A stretch of 64,000 bases of DNA, taken from assembly GCA_026005175.1 (NCBI GenBank), contig BPKO01000013.1, forward strand, positions 7,430 to 71,429, read 5' to 3'. The position numbers and the translations under genes were made by a program. Position 1 is the stretch's first letter. Every line of letters begins with the position of its first letter. The notes beneath the pieces are model-generated. The model saw only the letters and a list, made by a program, of their open reading frames with translations, was not told the DNA's origin and searched no databases. Positions 58,605 through 64,000 of this stretch are shown here, piece by piece. Origin of the DNA: Candidatus Tectimicrobiota bacterium (GTDB lineage Bacteria > Tectomicrobia > Entotheonellia > Entotheonellales > Entotheonellaceae).

Positions 58605-59616
58605 GGCGCGGCCGCTCTTCGGCAATCAGGTAGAGGCGGTCGCCGGCCTGCAGGGTGTAGGCGGCCGGCGGGTTGGTGCACAGGGTGCCGTCTTCGCGCT
58701 GCACGGCAATGGCCAGGGCGTTGTGCGCTTCTTTGAGCCACCCCAGGGCTTCGAGAAACCTCTTGCCTGCCAGGGACGGCGGCAGGGGCACCAGGTAGAG
58801 CTCGCTGCCCTGGCGGGTGGTGAGCAGCTCCGAGATCACGCGCGTGCTGCCGGGGTTGAGCGCCGCTTGCACCAGCAGGTTGCTGGTGAGGGCGCCGCTG
58901 ACGATGATCTCGTCGGCGCCCGCCAGGCGGCAGTGCGCCAGGTTGGCAGCGTCGACCAGCTCCACGCACGTGTAGAGTGCCGGGTAAGCCCGCTTGAGGG
59001 TGAGGGTGGTGAGAATGGTGCGGGCGTCGCGCGAAAAGGCATCCAGGCGCTCGTCGCCCAGCACGATGGCGGCGCGCGCCGCCCCCAGGTTGGCCCGCGC
59101 CATGGTTTCTGGCGTCACCTCGCCGCGCACAAAAAAGACCTGCTCGAGGTCGAGCGGGCTTGCGGGCAAGTCGGCCAGCAGCACCAGCGGCGCCGAGGTG
59201 GGGTCGGCGCGCAGCTCGGCGATGATCTCTTGCGCCTTGTGGTTCCAGCCACAAATGACAAAATGGTCGCGGCAGTGAAGGGGACGCATGCCGCCTCTGC
59301 GCTCCAGCTTCAGGCTCACCATGGCGCTGGCCAGGGTGGCGGTGAGCGTGCCCAGCAGGCCGATGCCGGCCAGCATGGTGAGCGAGCCGACGATGCGGCC
59401 GCCGGTGCTCACCGGGGTGATGTCGCCGTAGCCCACCGTGGTGATGGTCACCAGCGTCCACCACAGGGCGTTGCCCGGCGACACGGCCTCAAAGTAAGCC
59501 AGCCCTGCCGTACCGCCGGCCAGTACCAACGCCAGCAAAAGGAGCATCTTGAGGACATTGGCCTGCCGCAAGGCACGCCCCAGGCGGCGCCAGCGGCCGG
59601 CAAGCGCGCTGCGCAT
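58591..59616 (-). CDS. potassium channel with RCK/TrkA-N domain
   Basis: Selectivity filter TTVGYGD between two TM helices. A Rossmann-like RCK follows ([14 protein letters not shown]). Confidence 0.9.
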   Translation of the reverse strand: MRSALAGRWRRLGRALRQANVLKMLLLLALVLAGGTAGLAYFEAVSPGNALWWTLVTITTVGYGDITPVSTGGRIVGSLTMLAGIGLLGTLTATLASAMVSLKLERRGGMRPLHCRDHFVICGWNHKAQEIIAELRADPTSAPLVLLADLPASPLDLEQVFFVRGEVTPETMARANLGAARAAIVLGDERLDAFSRDARTILTTLTLKRAYPALYTCVELVDAANLAHCRLAGADEIIVSGALTSNLLVQAALNPGSTRVISELLTTRQGSELYLVPLPPSLAGKRFLEALGWLKEAHNALAIAVQREDGTLCTNPPAAYTLQAGDRLYLIAEERPRLTPA

Positions 59617-59735
59617 GGCTCCTGTCCCGCGTTCGGATGCCCCCGCCCGGGGACTGGCCGCCGCCCGGCGGGGCTCGTATAACAGTATGCCTGGCTGCTG
59701 CCGCCGTCGCCAGTCCCCTGGGAGAGGAGAGCCGC

Positions 59736-60533
59736 ATGCTGGTGCTCTTTACCGACTTTGGTACCCGTGACGCCTACGTGGCGCAAATGAAGGGGGTGAT
59801 TGCCAGCCTTAACCCCCGCGTTCCCATCCTCGACCTCACCCACGAAGCCGGGCAGTTTGCCATCGCCCAGGCGGCATACTTGCTGGCCAAGTGCGTGGCC
59901 TACTTTCCCGCCGGCACGGTGTGCGTGGCGGTGGTCGACCCCGGGGTGGGCACCGCCCGCCGCGCCGCGGTGGTGGTCACCGCCGCCGGCAAGTTTTACG
60001 TCGGCCCCGACAACGGCCTCTTTACGTACGTGCTGGCGCGCGAGGGCCTGCAGGCCGCTTACGAGCTCACCAACCCGCAGTACTTTCGCAGCCCCCAGGT
60101 GGCTCCCACGTTCCATGGCCGCGACCTCTTTGCCCCGGTGGCGGCGTACCTCACTCTGGGGGTGCCGCCGCAGGCCATGGGGCCGCCGCTTGCCGAGCTG
60201 GTGCGGCTGCCGCTGCCGCAGCCGCGCCTTGCCGGCGACACGGCGTACGGCGAGGTGGTGCACATCGACCACTTTGGCAACGTGATCACCAACATTCCCC
60301 CGGCCTTTGTGGCGCCGCTGGCCTACGGCGCGCTTCTGGAAGTCACCCTTGCCGGCCGCACCTGGCAGGTGCCTTACCTGCGCACGTACGGCGAGGGGCA
60401 GGCGGGGCAGCTCCTTTGCCTGCGCAACAGCGACGACGAAGTCGAGGTGGCGCTGCCGCAGGGCAGCGCCGCGCAGCGGTGCCAGGCGCAGGTGGGCATG
60501 GCGGTGCGCCTGCGCCGGCTTGAGCCGGCCTGA
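59736..60533 (+). CDS. SAM hydrolase / SAM-dependent halogenase family (DUF62)
   Basis: [19 protein letters not shown]...VVDPGVGT...GPDNGLFT...[14 protein letters not shown]...[15 protein letters not shown] 59736 follows GGAGAGGAG. Confidence 0.88.
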   Translation: MLVLFTDFGTRDAYVAQMKGVIASLNPRVPILDLTHEAGQFAIAQAAYLLAKCVAYFPAGTVCVAVVDPGVGTARRAAVVVTAAGKFYVGPDNGLFTYVLAREGLQAAYELTNPQYFRSPQVAPTFHGRDLFAPVAAYLTLGVPPQAMGPPLAELVRLPLPQPRLAGDTAYGEVVHIDHFGNVITNIPPAFVAPLAYGALLEVTLAGRTWQVPYLRTYGEGQAGQLLCLRNSDDEVEVALPQGSAAQRCQAQVGMAVRLRRLEPA

Positions 60534-60548
60534 AGCGCGCGGTATAAT
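60520..60548 (+). promoter_or_regulatory. promoter TTGAGC-N17-TATAAT
   Basis: Consensus -10 read directly, 34 nt upstream of ATG 60582. The -35 lies inside the end of the preceding CDS. Confidence 0.5.
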
Positions 60549-60581
60549 GCCGCCGGCCACCGCTGGCAAGAGGGGAGAGAG

Positions 60582-61736
60582 ATGGACTTTCGCTTCACGC
60601 CCGAACAGGAAGCCTTTCGCCAGGAAGTGCGCGCGTTTTTGCGCCAGGAGCTGCCCGAGCCGCCGCCCATTCCCGAAGACGCCTGGATCATCGGCTTTGA
60701 CCGCGCCTTTTCCAAGAAGCTGGCGGCACGGGGCTGGATCGGCCTCACCTGGCCCAAAGAGTACGGCGGCCAGGGGCGCAGCTACCTCGACCGCCTCATC
60801 CTCACCGAGGAGCTGCTGCGCCACGGGGCGCCGGTGGCGGCGCACTGGATCGGCGACCGCCAGATGGGACCGGCCATCCTGCGCTTTGGCACCCCGCAGC
60901 AGAAAGCCAAGTATTTGCCGGGGATCATCTCTGGCGACCTCGTCTTCTGCATCGGCATGAGCGAGCCGGGCGCCGGCTCCGACTTGGCCGGGCTGCAGAC
61001 GCGCGCGGTCGAGGAAGGCGACTACTACGTCCTCAACGGCCAGAAGATCTGGACCAGCTTTGCCCACCTGGCCGATTACTGCTACCTGGTGGCGCGCACC
61101 AACCCCGACGTGCCCAAGCACAAGGGGATCAGCGAGTTCATCGTCGACATGAAGACCCCGGGCATCACCATCAAGCCCATTGTCGACATGACCGGGGCGC
61201 ACCACTTCAACGAGGTCTTCTTCGACCAGGTGAGGATTCCCAAAGACTGCCTGGTGGGGGAGAAAGACCGCGGCTGGTACCAGATTGCCACCCAGCTTGA
61301 CTACGAGCGCAGCGGCATCGAGCGCCTGATGAGCAACTACCCCCTCATGGGGCTGCTCACCGAGCATGTCAAGCGCACCGGCCTGGCGCGCCGCGAGACG
61401 GTGCGCCACCGCCTGGCGCAGCTGCACATCGAGTTCGCCATGGGCCGCTTTCTCGTTTACAAAGTGGCCTGGCTGCTCAGCCAGGGGGTGGTGCCCAACG
61501 CCGAGGCGGCGGCGGCCAAGGCCTTCTGCACCGAGTTCGAGCAGCGCCTGGCGCAGGCAGCCAGCGAGCTGCTGGGCGGCTACGGGCTGCTGCTGCCCGG
61601 CTCGCCCCGGGCGCTGTACAACGGCCGCGTGGCACGCAACGTCCTCTATGCCCCAGCCTACACCATCCAGGGCGGCACTTCGACTATCCTGCGCAACATC
61701 ATTGCCCAGCGCGGCCTGGGCCTGCCGCCGGGATAG
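60582..61736 (+). CDS. acyl-CoA dehydrogenase family protein
   Basis: MDFRFTPEQEAFRQEVRAFL...MSEPGAGSDLAGLQTRAVEEGDYYVLNGQKIWTS...QGGTSTILRNIIAQRGLGL. Confidence 0.92.
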   Translation: MDFRFTPEQEAFRQEVRAFLRQELPEPPPIPEDAWIIGFDRAFSKKLAARGWIGLTWPKEYGGQGRSYLDRLILTEELLRHGAPVAAHWIGDRQMGPAILRFGTPQQKAKYLPGIISGDLVFCIGMSEPGAGSDLAGLQTRAVEEGDYYVLNGQKIWTSFAHLADYCYLVARTNPDVPKHKGISEFIVDMKTPGITIKPIVDMTGAHHFNEVFFDQVRIPKDCLVGEKDRGWYQIATQLDYERSGIERLMSNYPLMGLLTEHVKRTGLARRETVRHRLAQLHIEFAMGRFLVYKVAWLLSQGVVPNAEAAAAKAFCTEFEQRLAQAASELLGGYGLLLPGSPRALYNGRVARNVLYAPAYTIQGGTSTILRNIIAQRGLGLPPG

Positions 61737-61737
61737 C

Positions 61738-62661
61738 CTAGCCCAGGCTGCCGATGGTGATGGGCACCGGCATGAAGCAAAGGACAAAAATCGCCAGGGC
61801 GGCCGCCGCCATGCTCAGGCTGCGGCGGTCGAGCGGCAAGTAAGGGTCGAGAATCAGCGGGTGGCGCAGGCTGGTGAGCCAGCCAAAAAAGGCCCAGAAG
61901 AACCAGCCGGGAAAGAGGAAGCCCAGCACCAGCAAGGCGGCAATCACCGCCCGCGACACGTAGCGGGCGTAGCGGCCCAGCAGGGCGTACAGGATGTGGC
62001 CGCCGTCGAGCTGGCCAATGGGCAGCAAGTTGAGCATGGTCACCAGCAGGCCAAACCAGCCGGCCACCCCCACGCTGTTGATGTGCAGGGCATAGCCTTC
62101 GGGAACGGGGCCAACGAGCAGGCGGCCGATGGCTTGCAGCAGCAGGGGCTCGCCGAAGTAAATGCCTGCCGCGGTGCCGTGAATGGGCACCACGGTGGCG
62201 GTGGCGTAGGCGTAGATCACCGCCGGCAGGGCGACGCAGAAGCCCGCCAGGGGGCCGGCGGCGCCCACCTGCAGCAGGGCGCGGCGGTGGCGGGCCGGCG
62301 ACCTCATGCGGATAAAGGCGCCCAGGGTGCCCAGGAAAAAGAGCGGCGGCGGCGCCGGAATGAAGTAGGGCAGGGTGACGTCCATGCCGTAGTAGCGCGC
62401 CGTGAGGTAGTGGCCCATTTCGTGCGCCAGCAAAATGGCCAGCAGCGTTCCCGCATAGGGCAAGCCGCGGTAGAACTCGCCCGGGTGCGCCAGGGGGTTG
62501 AGCCCCTCCATGACCATGCCCGCCACCACCGTGGTCACCACCGTCATCACGAAAAGCAAGACGTGGGTGTGGTAGTTGGGGCGCGTCGTGGGGGCAGGGC
62601 GCCAGAGGCGGGCCAGGCCGTTTTCGGAAGGATCGAGCCGGGGTGAGCTGTAAGGCCGCAT
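61738..62661 (-). CDS. site-2 protease family (M50) membrane metalloprotease
   Basis: HEMGHYL zinc motif and a second motif NLLPIGQLDGGH. Multiple TM helices. Confidence 0.88.
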   Translation of the reverse strand: MRPYSSPRLDPSENGLARLWRPAPTTRPNYHTHVLLFVMTVVTTVVAGMVMEGLNPLAHPGEFYRGLPYAGTLLAILLAHEMGHYLTARYYGMDVTLPYFIPAPPPLFFLGTLGAFIRMRSPARHRRALLQVGAAGPLAGFCVALPAVIYAYATATVVPIHGTAAGIYFGEPLLLQAIGRLLVGPVPEGYALHINSVGVAGWFGLLVTMLNLLPIGQLDGGHILYALLGRYARYVSRAVIAALLVLGFLFPGWFFWAFFGWLTSLRHPLILDPYLPLDRRSLSMAAAALAIFVLCFMPVPITIGSLG

Positions 62662-62680
62662 GGCTGCCTCCCTGCGCCGC

Positions 62681-63628
62681 TTAGGGGGTGGCCGGAGCCG
62701 GGCGCTGCTCGAAGTAAGGGATGATCTCCTGCGCGTAGTAAGCCAGCTGCGTGATGAGCTGCGCGGGCGGGCACACCGGCCAGAGGACGAACTTGGTCAG
62801 CCCGTGCTCGACGTAGCGCTGCAGGGCCTCGCGGCACGCCTCGGGGGTGCCCACGGCGCTGCGCGGCAGCACCAGCTCGGGCGGCCGCCGGCGGTTGCCA
62901 GCAAAAACCGCGGTGACGTGGCGCCGGGCGCGCTCGCCGTCGCGGTCGACGTGGCAAAAGACGATGCTGCCGGCCTCGATCTCCTCGTCGGCGCGGCCGC
63001 AAGCCGCGGCGTAAGCGGCGATTTTCTCCATCCCGGCGGCAAACTCCTCGGGGGTGACGAAGGAAGCAAACCAGCCGTCGGCCAGCTGCGCCACGCGCTT
63101 GAGGGCGCGGTCGCTGCGCCCGCCCACCCAGAGGTCGATTTTCTTGGTGGGCCGCGGCGTCAGCGTGACGTCGTCAAAGTGGTAAAAGCGGCCGTGGTGG
63201 CTGACGTGGGTCTGCGACCACAGCTTGCGCAGCACCACGATGGCCTCGTCGGTCATCGCCGCCCGCTGCGCGAGCGGCACGTTGAAGGCGGCCACTTCCG
63301 CCTCGTCGGCGCCCAGGCCCACGGCCATGATGACGCGGCCGCCCGAGAGGTAGTCGAGGGTGGCGATTTCCTTGGCCACGGCGATGGGGTGGCGCAGGGG
63401 AAGGATCATCACGCTGGGGCCGAACTTGAGCCGCTGCGTGCGCGCGGCAATGGCGGCCATTACCGGCACGATGGCCAAGGTGGGGTGCGGCGCCAGCACG
63501 TGGTCGCTCAGCCAGATGGAGTCGAGGCCCCAGGCCTCGGCTTTGTCGATGTACTCAAAGAGGGTGGCGGCGTCCGGCAGGCCCTGCTGCCAGAGGCCCA
63601 GGCCGATGCCCATTTTGATGCTGCCCAT
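62681..63628 (-). CDS. LLM-class (luciferase-like) flavin/F420-dependent oxidoreductase
   Basis: GLDSIWLSDHV..., ATLDYLSGGRVIMAVGLG, and a typical ~315 aa TIM-barrel length. Confidence 0.85.
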   Translation of the reverse strand: MGSIKMGIGLGLWQQGLPDAATLFEYIDKAEAWGLDSIWLSDHVLAPHPTLAIVPVMAAIAARTQRLKFGPSVMILPLRHPIAVAKEIATLDYLSGGRVIMAVGLGADEAEVAAFNVPLAQRAAMTDEAIVVLRKLWSQTHVSHHGRFYHFDDVTLTPRPTKKIDLWVGGRSDRALKRVAQLADGWFASFVTPEEFAAGMEKIAAYAAACGRADEEIEAGSIVFCHVDRDGERARRHVTAVFAGNRRRPPELVLPRSAVGTPEACREALQRYVEHGLTKFVLWPVCPPAQLITQLAYYAQEIIPYFEQRPAPATP

Positions 63629-63729
63629 GGCCGTGTCTCCCTTTGTCTGCCCAGGCGGACCGAAGCTATTGTAGCCGCTTTGGGGGGGCGAGGCAAATCG
63701 CCCGGCAGCGTCCCTGAAAAGGAGCCTGC

Positions 63730-64000
63730 ATGCCCAGAGGACAGCGCATTACCGTTTACTTTGGCGAGTCAGACCGCTGGCAGCACCAGTCGCTGGCCAT
63801 GGCGCTGCTCGAGCTGCTGCGGCGCGAGGGCTGCAGCGGCGCCACCCTGACCCGTGGCGTGGCCGGCTTTGGCGCCGGCAGCCGCATCAAGACCAGCGCC
63901 GTGCTGCGCCTCTCTTTCGACTTGCCCCTGGTGCTCACCGTGGTGGACACGCCGCCGCGCGTGGCGCGCCTGCTGCCCAAAATCGGCGAGATGGTGGGCG
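63730..64000 (+). CDS. DUF190-domain protein; 3' end runs off the window
   Basis: ITVYFGESDRWQHQSLAMALLELLRREGCSGATLTRGVAGFGAGS. SD AAAAGGAG. Confidence 0.75.
   Translation, partial: MPRGQRITVYFGESDRWQHQSLAMALLELLRREGCSGATLTRGVAGFGAGSRIKTSAVLRLSFDLPLVLTVVDTPPRVARLLPKIGEMVG

Noticed and set aside
63660-63735. Fluoride (crcB-motif) riboswitch upstream of the DUF190 gene.
   Set aside because: A P1-like hairpin GGCGA-ggcaaa-TCGCC and a CCCTGAAAAGG element are present. The conserved GAUGG loop, AUAAAC junction and CCUAC pseudoknot partner as I remember them are absent. An Infernal scan with RF01734 would settle it.

Overview
Very GC-rich bacterial chromosomal segment, about 70 percent GC by eye (not computed). 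It is gene-dense and has strong GGAGG-type Shine-Dalgarno sites, many GTG/TTG starts and many 1-4 nt stop/start overlaps. I support about 62 protein-coding genes. I saw no rRNA, tRNA, CRISPR array, transposase, integrase or phage genes. Content from left to right: (1) thiolase, tatC and a HyuA-type hydantoinase on the minus strand. (2) A long co-directional array of two acyl-CoA dehydrogenases, two family-III CoA-transferases, a UbiB/ABC1 kinase and modABC. (3) A candidate nitrogen-compound catabolic island at 13.2-25.3 kb. It holds an MBL hydrolase, a GS-like ligase, an amidohydrolase, an amidase with a GatC/AtzG-like mini-subunit and an acyl-CoA synthetase. Two divergent copies of an unrecognisable ~520-535 aa protein bracket it. 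(4) A His-rich exported protein, an ECF sigma/anti-sigma pair and an HpnR-like B12 radical-SAM enzyme. (5) An ammonium transporter with an unknown C-terminal domain, flotillin and an osmoprotectant-type ABC system. (6) A dense two-component signalling block at 34.8-43.8 kb with eight signalling proteins plus a PhoU-like protein. (7) A TcuA-like flavoprotein with EtfBA, an AcuC-type deacetylase and two more hybrid kinases. (8) nfo, an orphan LivG-type ATPase, a MerR-like gene directly upstream of an isolated ftsZ, PilZ, queC, two dodecins, yacG and a VOC protein. These are followed by a K+ channel, a DUF62 SAM hydrolase, an ACAD, an M50 protease, an LLM oxidoreductase and a DUF190 fragment. A technical feature stands out: eight otherwise well-conserved genes carry 11 frameshifts, ten of them in short homopolymer runs (nine G/C, one TTTT) and one at a GG dinucleotide. 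The many long ORFs antisense to real genes are ordinary high-GC artefacts. All family calls come from motif recognition by eye; no database search was run.
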